Below are positions 1 through 17,256 of a stretch of 64,000 nt of DNA, in pieces. Each line of letters begins with the position of its first letter. Position 1 is the stretch's first letter. The DNA is from Octopus vulgaris (Eukaryota), in contig OX597842.1 of assembly GCA_951406725.2 (NCBI GenBank), positions 19,406,001 to 19,470,000 of the forward strand, read 5' to 3'. The notes under the pieces were generated by a model. That model was not told the DNA's origin. It searched no databases and saw only the letters and a list, made by a program, of their open reading frames with translations. The position numbers were made by a program, and so were the translations under genes.

Positions 1-24
1 ATTAATATATATGTTCCATTCTAG

Positions 25-74
25 CAAAAACTGTCTGATGAACGGCAACGAGAAACTCAGAGTAACAGATTTTG
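25..74 (+). ncRNA. Minimal type I hammerhead ribozyme motif (Penelope pLTR-like end)
   Basis: Reads CAAAAACTGT-CTGATGA(35-41)-ACGGCAACGA-GAAA(52-55)-CTCAGAG-TA-ACAGATTTTG. Stem I is CTGT/ACAG, extended by CAAAA/TTTTG. The cleavage triplet is GUA. AATAAA and (TA)n follow. Confidence 0.65.
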
Positions 75-135
75 TTGAATTTTCTGCTGCTTAAAATAAA
101 GTATATATATATCATATATATACCATATATATATG

Positions 136-171
<36 letters not shown>

Positions 172-993
172 CATACATATATATATCAACGGTTCATATC
201 GCAAGTTGAAATGTCAAAGTCAATAATATTATATAGGTGTATATGTGAATGTATATATATATATTTATATATGCATATATGTGTATGTATGTATACGTAT
301 ATATATATGTATGTATATAGAGAGACAGACAGACAGAGAAATATGAGCCACTGAAATACGTATAATCGTTAATACACAGTAAACAAATGTGTACGTGTGT
401 GTGTGTATACACATATTAATAGGTGAGGGTATAAAGTATAAATATTTTTATTCCAGCGAGTGTACAATACAAAACGAGGATTAAGTACCGTTGTTAGTAT
501 CTACATATTTGGTATACATTGAAAAATATATTGTAATCCTTTTGCGAAAGATGGAATGTCTGAAAATTATAGACAAACTAATTGATAGCAGATTTTTCAT
601 CAATCTAAAAATAAACAACAACAGCAGCCCGTCGTAATTGGCGGGAAAACTACGTCTGCAAATGTAATGTTGTCATAGCAACAGACTATGCAAGAGAAAG
701 TTTGTTGTTAAGGGCAACGAGGCGTATTTTTACCGCCAAAAGAAACAGTGACCAACAAGGAAGTATGGCGGTCATATAACACACATAAATGAATATATAA
801 ACACACCCATATTTATTATATATGTGTGTGTGTGTGTGTGTGTATATATATGTGTGTGTGTGTGTGTATATATATATGTGTGTGTGTGTGTGTGTATAAG
901 TTAAACTCCAGTGTTTGACTTGAGCAAAAAACATTGTGCAATAGGTGTAAAATAACATGTAGTAAACGAATGTGCAGAAAAAAAATTACACGT

Positions 994-1314
994 TGGCGAA
1001 CGTGGGGTGGTGGAGACGACTTGGAAAATTCACACGATCAATCTCACAGGGTCCGAAAACTCAACGTTGCTTTACACCTATTACACTTCTTGTTTTCATT
1101 TTTGGACCGGTTGTCTAGTGGGGTTACCGGATCGTGTGAATTATCCGAGTCCACACCCCACCCACCCACACTGTCATAAAAATGGAACAAAAGTAGAGTA
1201 CTGGGTGTAAAATAAGGTGTAAAAAACGAAAATAAAGAACAAAAAATTTGCCGACGAATGGGGAAGTGGTGAGATTTGAATTTTCCGAGTCGTCTCCCCA
1301 CCTCCTGTTCGCCA
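994..1314. mobile_element. MITE with ~40-bp terminal inverted repeats
   Basis: TGGCGAAC..GGTGGAGACGACTTGGAAAATTCA at the left end is the inverted complement of TGAATTTTCCGAGTCGTCTCCCCACC..GTTCGCCA at the right end. Confidence 0.7.
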
Positions 1315-1329
1315 TATATTTTTTCCATA

Positions 1330-1732
1330 GGCGCAGGAGTGGCTGTGTGGTAAGTAGCTTGCTTACCAACCACATGGTTCCGGGTTCAGTCCCACTGCGT
1401 GGCACCTTGGGCAAGTGTCTTCTACTATAGCCTCGGGCCGACCAAAGCCTTATGAGTGGATTTAGTAGACGGAAACTGAAAGAAGCTCGTCGTATATATG
1501 TATATATATATATATGTGTGTGTTTGTGTGTCTGTGTTTGTCCCCCTAGCATTGCTTGACAACCGATGCCGGTATGTTTATGTCCCCGTCACTTAGCGGT
1601 TCAGCAAAAGAGACTGATAGAATAAGTACTGGGCTTACAAAGAATAAGTCCCGGGGTCGAGTTGCTCGATTAAAGGCGGTGCTCCAGCATGGCTGCAGTC
1701 AAATGACTGAAACAAGTAAAAGAGTAAGAGTA
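1330..1732 (+). mobile_element. Full-length tRNA-derived SINE (octopus OR-type)
   Basis: A box GTGGCTGTGTGGT, B box GGTTCAGTCCC, central (TA)/(TG) tract, and 3' tail GGCGGTGCTCCAGCATGGCTGCAGTCAAATGACTGAAAC. Partial copies occur at 17310-17400(-), 26525-26810, 37620-37770, 57885-58005 and 59430-59500(-). Confidence 0.85.
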
Positions 1733-1949
1733 TTCGTTTACTACATGTTGTTTCACACCTATTGCACTATTCCTTTTTTCTTTGCTTGGGCCAAACAAGA
1801 TTTTAACCAAGTGTTTTCCTCCTCTGTCTTCTCCATCTGAAAGAGCCATGTCCCTCTTCTAATGCAAGACACCTTTCTCTCCAGCAACATTAGCTCCCCC
1901 ACCACCTCAACCAGTCGAGAGGTCTTTGTCTCGCAATTAATTGGTGACC

Positions 1950-2143
1950 TCACTGGTTCTGATGGCATGTAAAAGGCATCCAGTACACTCTGCAAAGTGG
2001 TTGGTGTTAGGAAGGTCGTCCAGCCATAGAAACCAAACCTAAGCAGACAGTAGTTTTTGGTGAGGTCTTCTGACTTGTCTGTTCCTATCAAACCCTCCTA
2101 CCCATGCCAGCGTGGAAAAGGAACATTCGATGACGATGATGAT
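1950..2143 (+). mobile_element. RTE-3'UTR-type SINE/LINE tail fragment
   Basis: GGTTGGTGTTAGGAAGG..CCCATGCCAGCGTGGAAA..(GAT)n. The same family recurs at 24115-24365, 32975-33453 and 58160-58850. Confidence 0.6.
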
Positions 2144-2741
2144 GTGTGCGTGTTTGGGTGTTTGTGCAAAATTCTGGAACAATTTGTGACTGCAGAAGCT
2201 ATAGAAACTAACAAGAACTTCAAAACATGTTTTATTGTCCAGAGATGACCTTATGAAGCACAATTCAAAATATAATAGATCTCAAAATGTGTTGAGTGAG
2301 TTGCAGATGGAGGTGAGAAATAATTTCTGTAAGAAATTTACAGATTATTTACTGCCAAAACAAGCTTGAGAATCTTTCTTGTTGCTTTAGATCTCAAATA
2401 ACATTTTCTTTGGAGAAAAATTGATCGATCTCCCCATAATCAATATGAAGAGAAGACACTGAATCACATTGGGTCAATCTTAAGAACTGTTGGATCTCAA
2501 AGAATATCTCCAAAACAAAAATAATCTGTTTTGACAACAAATAACGAAAAAGATTTTGGTGATTCAATGAAGAGGATTCATGGAGAAAATGAGAAAAAGA
2601 TGTTATTTGGTTACTACTATCATGCTGTTATCGTGTCACACTGCCACTATTATGGTATCTTTGGATATTCAAATAGTCTGGAATTGCAAAAAATTTCAAA
2701 ACAAAAGCAGGTCTGAAGATTTTAGTTAATTCAAGCCTTAC

Positions 2742-2893
2742 CTTTTCACAGCATAATGTAATGCTGTCAGACCTTCTTTGTCACTCATGTCCATATTGGC
2801 TCCAGATTCTATCAAGAAGGCTATGAGACTTGTGCTGCCCTGTTCACAAGCTGCCATTAAGAAAGTTTGACTGTGTGAGTTTATTTGGTTGAC
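2742..2893 (-). CDS. Ankyrin-repeat protein, internal coding exon
   Basis: Pyrimidine tract plus CAG acceptor and GTAAG donor. The 152 nt encode VNQINSHSQTFLMAACEQGSTSLIAFLIESGANMDMSDKEGLTALHYAVK, matching the ankyrin consensus (GAN..D..G.TALHYA). Phase 0 is compatible with the exon at 4518-4601. The gene probably continues left of the window. Confidence 0.85.
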
Positions 2894-4149
2894 CTGAAGA
2901 GAAGAAAGAGAAGATATATAAAATATATCAAAGGAGAGGGATTTTAGTTTAGTATTCCCTGGTAAAGCTCATGAAATTCTACACTGTGTTATCACTGATG
3001 TCTGGCATAGTAGCACTTTTTATTTAATGCTATAATGATGAAGGAGATTTAAGAAATGGTGAGAGAAGAACAGGATGTTTGAAATGAAGCATGGATCTTC
3101 AGATGTCATATGTCTGGTGAAACAGCAACGTGGGATCTACTTGGAAAAGAATGAAAGCAAATCTACAAGAAAGGTGTAGAGCACAGGTAAATCAAGGTGG
3201 AAAAGGCTTAGAAAGACTGTTTAGTTCATGCATAAGCTCAAGGAAAAGATTGAAAATCTATTTATGTTAGTCACTGAATCTATTACAAAGCAATTACTTG
3301 TAATTAGACATCTGTGACATCTTTGGAACGACACCAATCACAACTAAATATGAGCAACTATGGAAAGGTAGACACAAATGAAAAGAAACAATGGAGAAAA
3401 TAAGAAATATTATGAAAGTAGTGATCAGAATTTTGAGCCTAAATGCGGCAGCAGTATCAGGGCTTACATTAGTTTGTAGCCATACAATATTTAAAAAGGT
3501 GTGAGTGGTTCATACACAACTGTATTACAGCTGTACAAACAACACTATCGACTTCTCCTTGAGGAAAACACCTACCCTCACTAACTGGCAGACATTCACC
3601 CACCATTGAAATACATGTATGATGGTCATCAAGAAATTAAAGGATGTTTTTTCTGCATTTCACCGTTTGTCAGCTGTCTTCCCTTCCAAATTAAAAGCCA
3701 CATTTTCTGGTCTCTTACCAAGAGTATCTCTATAGATTTTACAGAATCATTCCACCCACCACTCCATAACCATGATGGTTCTCTGATCCAAACTCAACTA
3801 CACATTGAGTTTCATATATTTGTACCACCATAGCCTCCTTGGCTCTCTGGCCCTTATAAAATTCTTCGCAATCCCTACCCAAGAGTAGCATTACTCTTTT
3901 AGAGAAGCCCTGTTTTATAATTCTTGCTGATAGTGTCCTATCTGCTGACAACCAGCCAGTCATTCTAACTTCCAATATTTCAATTATGAAGTAAAAAGTC
4001 ATAAACAACCATTATCTTTGTCCCTTTGGGTATCTTTCTCTATTCAATGAGCCCCAGTACATTTCCATAAAGCTGGTTCAAGCAGGGGTCTGATTCCTAC
4101 GTGACTTCCCAGTGTTTTAGTTATGTTTGACAACTTCTGCAAAAGAAAT

Positions 4150-4345
4150 ACTGTAGCCCTTGACGTCGGTAAAACCTTTAACTGTGTATGACAAGAGAAT
4201 TTCTTGACAAAGTCACCATTTATCTATAGGATCCATCTGTCCCCCATCTCTTGGACTGAATATTTCCTGCCAGAATACTCCATTGCAGTGTGTCAGGATG
4301 GGTTTCTCTCTCACTGACATTCCATCAATTCTGGCATACCTCATT
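4150..4345 (+). mobile_element. Highly decayed LINE RT fragment
   Basis: GCCCTTGACGTCGGTAAAACCTTTAACTGTGTATGA translates as ALDVGKTFNCV*, resembling the LD..KAFD.VW motif of RT. Confidence 0.4.
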
Positions 4346-4517
4346 GTCTGGTTGAATATTTATAAAAAGTGACAATGATGAGGATTAGAGGAAAGAGGTA
4401 AAGAAAGAAATGAAATATTTTGGACAAATATATCTGGTTATTTAGGAACATTTCATATTGTGTATAAAATAATAAACAAACATTTAAAATTGAAGAAGCA
4501 ATATAAAGTAAACTTAC

Positions 4518-4601
4518 TGTTCCAGGATTTTCTTTGATAAGTCGTTCGACATCTTTAAAGTCCCCATCCACAATGTTGCTTATAATCTTCTTCACATCCA
4601 T
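4518..4601 (-). CDS. Ankyrin-repeat protein, upstream (possibly first) coding exon
   Basis: Encodes MDVKKIISNIVDGDFKDVERLIKENPGT, followed by a GTAAG donor in phase 0. An acceptor-like TTTCCTTTCTATTCAAAAG lies 2 nt before the ATG. The peptide looks like an N-cap ankyrin helix pair. Confidence 0.75.
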
Positions 4602-5093
4602 GTCTTTTGAATAGAAAGGAAAGTAAGATGGTTTTTAAAAACTTATAAAATGAGGTAAAGAGCAATTTAAAGAAGACGGAACAGCTCATTTGTAAAATTA
4701 ACATGCAAATGGCTGAGTACACCACAGACGCGTGTACCCCTAATGTAGTTCTCAGGGAGATTCAGCATGACACAGAGTGTGACAAGGCTGACCCTTTGAA
4801 ATACAGACACAACTCATTTTCGCCGAGTAGACTGGACCAACGTGAAATAAAGGTTCTTGCTCAAGGAATCCTCCTACTCATTCCCTGCCCCCACCAACCC
4901 ACCAACTCTCTGTGCATGAGTGGCTGGGGAAGCAAGCATATTAATGTGTTAATGCGTATCCACAGGTTTGTATGTAGTTGGACGCATCTATCAATGGTGC
5001 TACCACAAACCCCAGTGGTGCTTGATTATTGTACCCAGAATCTCTTACTGGCCACCTGATATGTTATCTACTTACCCGCCTGTCTCCCCTCTC

Positions 5094-6318
5094 TTAACCC
5101 TTTTGATACTAACCCGGCTGAAACCGGCTCTGGCTCTGTAGTACTAAGTCTTGTTTTCATAAGTTTTGAATTAAAATCTTCCACCAAACCTTAGTCACAA
5201 TTTATGTTCCTAACACTAGCTTAATGATAACTAAGTTATTTTACTAAATTCTTTGTTATATTTAAAATTAATTGAAAGAAACACAGAGCATTTCAACAGA
5301 AATATGGTAACAAAAGGGTTAAAATATATAATAGAGAAACAATTCTTAACCCTTTTGATACCAGCCTGGCTGAAACTGCTTCTGGGCTCTGTGATAAAAT
5401 GTCTTGTTTTCATAAGTTTTGAATTAGAATCTTCCATGAAACCTTAGTCACAATTTATTTTCCTAACACTAGCTTAATGACAACTAAGTTATTTTACTAA
5501 ATTCTTTGTTATATTTAAAATTAATTGAAAGAAACACAGAGCATCTCAACAGAAATATGGTAAGAAAAAGGTTAAAATATATAATAGAGAAACAATTCTT
5601 AACCCTTTTGATACCAACCCGGCTGAAACTGGCTCTGGCTCTTTAGTATAAATGTCTTGTTTTCGTAAGTTTTGAATTAGAATTTTCCACAAAACCTTAG
5701 TCACAATTTATGTTCCTAACACTAGCTTAATGATAACAAAGGTATTTTACTAAATTCTTTGTTATATTTAAAATTAATTGAAAGAAACACAGAGCATCTC
5801 AACAGAAATATGGTAAGAAAAGGGTTAAAATATATAATAGAGAAACAATTCTTAACCCTTTTGATACCAGCCTGGCTGAAACTGCTTCTGGGCTCTGTAG
5901 TACAAATATCTTGTTTTCTTAAGTTTTAAATTAGAATCTTTCCACGAAACCTTAGTCACAATTTATGTTCCTAACACTAGCTTAATGATAACTAAGTTAT
6001 TTTACTAAATTCTTTGTTATATTTAAAATTAATTGAAAGAAACACAGAATCTCAACAGAAATATGGTAAGAAAAGGGTTAAAATATATAATAGAGAAACA
6101 ATTCTTAACCCTTTCGATATCAACCCATGTGAAACTACCTCTGGCTCTGTAGTACAAATATCTTGTTTTCTTAACATTAGAGAAACCTTAGTCACAATTT
6201 ATGTTCTAACACTAGCTTAATGATAACTAAGGTATTTTACTAAATTCTTTGTTATATTTAAAATTAATTGAAAGAAACACAGAGCATCTCAAAATAAATA
6301 CAGTAATGAAAGGGTTAA
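5094..6318. repeat. Tandem array of five piggyBac-like MITEs (~252-bp period)
   Basis: Each unit is TTAA-CCCTTT...AAAGGG-TTAA, separated by the spacer AATATATAATAGAGAAACAATTC. Units start at 5094, 5346, 5599, 5852 and 6105. Confidence 0.85.
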
Positions 6319-6813
6319 GGGGGCATGTAAGCACAGCCTATATCCCCAAACTCTGGTCAATTCTTAGCCCCCATTCTCATCAACACTAGTCCACAATTGT
6401 GTTTCTAGGGGTCGTGTTCCCACTCTACCTTCTCCTGATCTCCCTTCCCTTCAAGCCGTGTACCTCTCAAGTATTTCGTTTTGGTTACTGCATGTATTTC
6501 CTTATGCATGCTGCCCTTATGAGGTGCATCTACCAACTGCAGCTATTGTGTGACACAACGATGTGTTACCAAATACTGAAACAGGTGTAACATGAAATGA
6601 AGGAGGGCCAGGTTGAAGCCCCTGCTTGTTTCTCTCGTTAATGATGTGCTTTTTATATTATTACAGCCCTCCGCTGATTGTACAGGATCCAGTTTGAATT
6701 CAAAATAGAAGGAATTTAAACTGATTAACCTCAAGTGTCAAAATTTGGATGGAACAGTGTCATGCATGGAGCACATCCTATCACACACACATTGATATAT
6801 ATATATATGTATG

Positions 6814-6868
<55 letters not shown>

Positions 6869-7116
6869 ATTAGTAATGCAATACTAGAGTATCGCTTTCC
6901 AGTAAAGAATAGCCCGTGAGGGAAAAATATACAAGAAGTAAATATATGGCACAACGAAGTACCGATATTTACTGGAAATAGCGAACGTAATAATACGACG
7001 CTAATGTATAGCTTCACCGCGTATGTACTAGCAAAAATGCGTGTGTGCAACAAAGTAGAAAAAATTGTCTTACCTCCAGGGAGAACATCTGAAAGATGAA
7101 ATACCTGGAAAAGGAT

Positions 7117-7199
7117 AATGTGGGACCTGCGCAGGTTTCAGATTTTTCAAGATATGTCTGCCACCCATAAACTTGATCTATCTTCATCAGCCAAACATA
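7117..7199 (-). ncRNA. Type I hammerhead ribozyme motif
   Basis: Minus strand reads TGG-CTGATGA-[AGAT..TCAAG..TATG..CATA..CTTGA..ATCT]-GAAA-CCTGCGCAGG-TC-CCA. Stem III is the perfect palindrome ACCTGCGCAGGT; the cleavage triplet is GUC. Confidence 0.8.
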
Positions 7200-7444
7200 T
7201 ACCACGACATTATTACGTATTATTACGTTCGCTATTTCCAGTAAGTATCGGTACTTCGTTGTGCCATATATTTACTTCTTGTATATTTTTCCCTCACGGG
7301 CTATTCTTTACTGGAAAGCAATACTCTAGTATTGCATTACTAATTTATTGAAACTTCTTCACCGTTCTCGTGCTGTTAGCGTTTCGGCATTTCAGTCGAG
7401 TGTAATGGCATTAATGTGGTAACATCTGAAATTTTGTCGTGGTA

Positions 7445-7527
7445 TATGTTTGGCTGATGAAGATAGATCAAGTTTATGGGTGGCAGACATATCTTGAAAA
7501 ATCTGAAACCTGCACAGGTCCCACATT
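7445..7527 (+). ncRNA. Type I hammerhead ribozyme motif (second copy)
   Basis: CTGATGA at 7454-7460, 44-nt stem II, GAAA at 7505-7508, stem III ACCTGCACAGGT, GTC at 7518-7520, stem I TGG/CCA. Confidence 0.8.
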
Positions 7528-7711
7528 ATCCTTTTCCAGGTATTTCATCTTTCAGATGTTCTCCCTGGAGGTAAGACAATTTTTTCTACTTTGTTGCACA
7601 CACGCATTTTTGCTAGTACATACGCGGTGAAGGTATACATTAGCGTCGTATTATTACGTTCGCTATTTCCAGTAAATATCGGTACTTCGTTGTGCCATAT
7701 ATTTACTTCTT

Positions 7712-8541
<830 letters not shown>

Positions 8542-8542
<1 letters not shown>

Positions 8543-8964
8543 CACGGGTGTGTATGCAGCGCACACGGGTGTGTATGTTCTACCTGAGAGGTTCCTGCTG
8601 GCATGGAAAGGAAGGTGCAGGCTGCCGCTTTGCACATCGGGGACCCTGCCACAGAGACACGAAGCAGATGGACAAACCATCAACACAAAGAAAAGGGATG
8701 GACCACGCACCACCTGCCCCAAAGCGGAGGTACGCAGATGTTGTGCGCGCCACAAACAGCCAACATGATGTTGTCGAAAGAGCAGCTGCTGAGCAACAAT
8801 CTTTTTTGTGCATGGCACAAAAGATTGTACAGCAGCTGACCTGGCTTCATCAAACCCAAGCCCGCAGGTGGGACTACCCACTATATACCAGACCACCACA
8901 GCAAACAGACACAGGATGGACACCGCCGGCAACAACGTACACCTCACCTCGATACTCCTACTGA
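8542..8964 (+). pseudogene. LINE ORF1 C-terminal remnant with CCCH zinc finger
   Basis: [23 protein letters not shown] fits C-x7-C-x8-C-x3-H and is followed by RRYADVV. It ends at TGA 8962-8964, overlapping the ORF2 start. Confidence 0.6.
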
Positions 8965-11912
8965 ACATCAGAGGACTGCAAACACTCAGTAACAGGACAA
9001 AGATCCCGTTCCTGAGAGACTTTGTTGCATGCAATCAAGCCATATGCATAGCACTTACAGAAACGCACCTGAAACCGGACATAGCAGATGCGGAGTTACA
9101 CATACCACAGTATGCTGTACTACGGACCGACAGGAAAGAAAGGAGTCATGGAGGTGTTGCTATGTACATCCGTGAGGACCTCACACCCCAGGTCCTCTTG
9201 TCATACTCAAACTCGGTGTGTGACACACTAATTGTACATATTAAGCAACTTGATGTAGTTGTGTGTGCTACATATCGCCCTCCAGATGCCCCAAGCCATG
9301 TGGGCAAGTTTGAAGACTGCCTTATAAAAATAGAAGAAATTCTAACCACATTAGAACAACACATAGGTGTGCTTCTTATGGGAGACTTCAATCTGCCCAA
9401 TGTCAGATGGCCCGAGGGCCTTTCTCTCCCAGGAATGACAAGATGTGAACGAGGACAGGCGAGGTCCCTCCTGAACCTCATCAACACCCTGTACATGGAG
9501 CAGGTAATACTCCAACCAACCAGGGCAGGTAACACACTGGATCTCTGCTTCACAAATGACATGGATCTCATCCATAATGTGAAAGTGACACCGACACTAC
9601 TCTCGGATCACAACATGATAGAGCTGACCATGTACGGGCCAAAAGAGAGCACGGACATGCAGCCTACAAGAAACCCTCAAAATCTTTCCAGCTTGAACTA
9701 CCATAAGGCAAACTGGAAACAAATTGAGAAAGAGATCCTCAAACAAAACTGGCCTAAATGTCTCTCCTCGCCAGACATCGACGTGAAACTCCAACAATTC
9801 ATGTCTGTAATGCAAGCCATATGCTACAAATGTGTCCCAGAGAGAAAGGCCACTGTACACAAGAACAAAATCCCCAGAGAGAGGAAAATTTTAATGAGAC
9901 GGCGTACGAAATTTTCAAATCGCCTAAACAAACAGATTGAAAGCAGTGAAAAGTCCCGCCTAAAAATAAAACTGTTGGAAATCGAAAAATGTCTGCAACT
10001 CTCCCATGAAAAAGAAAGAGCAGACAAAGAAGCCTGGGCTATAGAAAACATAAAATCTAACCCCAGAGCTTTCTACAGGTATGCCAAAGAAACAGCTACA
10101 GTGCACTGTAGAATAGGGCCACTCCTCGAAAAGGATGGCACACTTACAGGAAAACCAATGAGGGTAAGTGAAATACTGAATGAGCAATTCAAGAGTGTTT
10201 TCACTCCACCCCTTGGGCATCTCCAAATCACCAATCCAACTGACTTTTTTACCACTGCAGATATAAAATCAGAGGCGGCGACGATAGATTACATCGATAT
10301 AAAGGAAGACGATGTAACCAAGGCTATAGATGAAATGAAAACAGACTCAGCTACTGGCCCCGATGGATTCCCGGCAATCCTCCTAAAAGCATGTAAGAGA
10401 GTCCTAGCAAGACCACTGCAGTTCCTCTTTCAGAGCTTCCTTGCAGCTGGCAAACTTCCAGGAAAACTGAAGGAAGGTAAAATATGCCCCATTCATAAAG
10501 GAGGTAGCAGAGCGGAAGCCAAGAACTATAGACCTATCTCTCTGACCTCACACATCAGCAAGGTCATGGAACGAATAGTCAGAAGGAAGCTGATCACCTT
10601 CCTTGAAGAGAATGACTTGCTGCCCGACACCCAACATGGTTTCCGACCAGGGAGAAGCTGTTTAACTCAGCTCCTACAACACTATGACTGGGTGCTGAAA
10701 CGGCTGCTCAACCACTCAAATGTGGAAGTGATATATCTCGACTTTGCAAAGGCCTTTGATAAAGTCGATCATGGAATGATATGTCACAAACTGCGTGATC
10801 TCAACATAGTTGGAAAACTGGGAGAATGGCTTCATGACTTTCTGAAGGATAGAAGTCAGGTGGTAGTAGCCAATGGGGCCACCTCCATTAACACACAAAT
10901 AGTGAGCGGTGTTCCGCAGGGCACTGTTCTGGGACCACTACTGTTCATAATGGCCCTCTCAGACATGCCCTCAGCCACGCAGAGAGCCACGATCACAAGT
11001 TATGCAGATGATACAAAAGTTTCACAGGCAATACAGAACCCTGAGGACACTAAACACCTGCAATGTGAGCTGGACGAAATATACAAGTGGGCTGAAAAGA
11101 ATAGCATGCAGTTCAATGCTGGAAAGTTTCAAGCTTTATACTATCAGCATGCAAAACTGAATGCAATACCCAATGAATACACTGGACCCGGAGGGATTGC
11201 AATCCCAGAGGCACAATCAGTGCGTGACCTGGGTATTCACATGAGTGATGACGCGACCTTTCATGTACATGTTGCTAAACTGACAATGAAATGTAGACGG
11301 CTGGCTGGATGGATTCTTAGAACCTTTAGAACAAGAGAACAAGAAACCATGATGGTCCTCTGGAAGACACTTGTCCTAAGCCACTTTGACTATTGCTCTC
11401 AGCTATGGTCACCATCCAGTGTCAAGTTGATCACAGAACTTGAGGCGATCCAACGAAGCTACACAAAGAAGATAGCCTCTATGCAGAATGTAAGCTACTG
11501 GGAAAGACTCAAGAGATTAAAATTATATTCCCTGGAGCGTAGGCGGGAAAGATATGCCATAATATACATCTGGAAGATCCTGGAGGGAAGTGTCCTGAAC
11601 TTTGGCATCGAGAGTTACGCAAATGCCAGAACTGGGCGCCACTGCGTGGTGCCTAGGACTCCAAACCTGCCATCAAGATGTAGGACAAGATTCTGTGATA
11701 GCCTGGGCTTCCGAGGCCCACAGCTCTTCAATATCCTCCCGAAGAACCTGAGAGACCTGCATGGGGTGGATACAGATGTCTTTAAAATGAAGCTGGATCT
11801 CTTCCTGTCAGGTGTCCCAGATGAACCAACTTCACGGCAGGAGGGGCAGATGAGGGCAGCTGCATCGAACTCTCTCATGCACCAAATAGCAGTTGCTAGA
11901 AAGCCTCCATGA
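8916..11912 (+). CDS. LINE ORF2: AP endonuclease + reverse transcriptase (uninterrupted)
   Basis: APE motifs LLNIRGL, ALTETHL, MGDFN, TLDLCF and SDHNMI. RT motifs [30 protein letters not shown] and YADD. CR1-type C-terminus [10 protein letters not shown]. The likely ATG is 8916; the frame is open from 8808. Confidence 0.92.
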   Translation: MDTAGNNVHLTSILLLNIRGLQTLSNRTKIPFLRDFVACNQAICIALTETHLKPDIADAELHIPQYAVLRTDRKERSHGGVAMYIREDLTPQVLLSYSNSVCDTLIVHIKQLDVVVCATYRPPDAPSHVGKFEDCLIKIEEILTTLEQHIGVLLMGDFNLPNVRWPEGLSLPGMTRCERGQARSLLNLINTLYMEQVILQPTRAGNTLDLCFTNDMDLIHNVKVTPTLLSDHNMIELTMYGPKESTDMQPTRNPQNLSSLNYHKANWKQIEKEILKQNWPKCLSSPDIDVKLQQFMSVMQAICYKCVPERKATVHKNKIPRERKILMRRRTKFSNRLNKQIESSEKSRLKIKLLEIEKCLQLSHEKERADKEAWAIENIKSNPRAFYRYAKETATVHCRIGPLLEKDGTLTGKPMRVSEILNEQFKSVFTPPLGHLQITNPTDFFTTADIKSEAATIDYIDIKEDDVTKAIDEMKTDSATGPDGFPAILLKACKRVLARPLQFLFQSFLAAGKLPGKLKEGKICPIHKGGSRAEAKNYRPISLTSHISKVMERIVRRKLITFLEENDLLPDTQHGFRPGRSCLTQLLQHYDWVLKRLLNHSNVEVIYLDFAKAFDKVDHGMICHKLRDLNIVGKLGEWLHDFLKDRSQVVVANGATSINTQIVSGVPQGTVLGPLLFIMALSDMPSATQRATITSYADDTKVSQAIQNPEDTKHLQCELDEIYKWAEKNSMQFNAGKFQALYYQHAKLNAIPNEYTGPGGIAIPEAQSVRDLGIHMSDDATFHVHVAKLTMKCRRLAGWILRTFRTREQETMMVLWKTLVLSHFDYCSQLWSPSSVKLITELEAIQRSYTKKIASMQNVSYWERLKRLKLYSLERRRERYAIIYIWKILEGSVLNFGIESYANARTGRHCVVPRTPNLPSRCRTRFCDSLGFRGPQLFNILPKNLRDLHGVDTDVFKMKLDLFLSGVPDEPTSRQEGQMRAAASNSLMHQIAVARKPP

Positions 11913-12004
11913 AGTGAAACCAAGTAGCGACACCAAATGGCGGTGCCCCAGCATGGCCACAGCTCATAAGCTGAAACTAGAATCAATCAATCAATCAATC
12001 AATC

Positions 12005-16930
<4,926 letters not shown>

Positions 16931-17174
16931 AAATGGATGAATCAATTATTCTTTGTTTACCGTTAACATGCTAGCATGGAGAACGGACGTTAAACGATGA
17001 TGATGATGATGATGGAAAATTCAATAAACAGTTACCAGGGTAGCAAAATTCACGCAAGTAACACGGATGTAGCGACCTATTCAAAGGTAGAAACTCCAGG
17101 TTAATGTGCAGTAATTTGTATAGTATAAGTAAATAAATGGAGCTGAACGCAGATGTTATTTGAATTCTTTTACA

Positions 17175-17256
17175 TTCGACATATGTTTCAAAGACAACAT
17201 TGGTTTTATTCCAAAGGAATAAACGGTGTAAAATAATGCAATCTTCTCATCAGGAA
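17175..17256 (-). ncRNA. Type I hammerhead ribozyme motif with long stem II
   Basis: Minus strand reads TTC-CTGATGA-[GAAGATTGCATT..TTTATTCCtttGGAATAAA..AATGTTGTCTTT]-GAAA-CATATG-TC-GAA. Stem III is the palindrome ACATATGT; the cleavage triplet is GUC. Confidence 0.75.

Larger units (their letters stand above)
8542..12004 (+). mobile_element. CR1-group LINE, 5'-truncated within ORF1, intact ORF2, (AATC)n tail
   Basis: ORF1 remnant with a CCCH finger, APE+RT ORF2, short 3'UTR with a stem-loop, and (AATC)6 at 11981-12004. Inserted into (TA)n. Confidence 0.9.

Noticed and set aside
341-368. GAAA-TACGTA-TA, resembling the 3' half of a hammerhead
   Set aside because: The CUGANGA half is missing (ATATGA), so it cannot be supported on its own.
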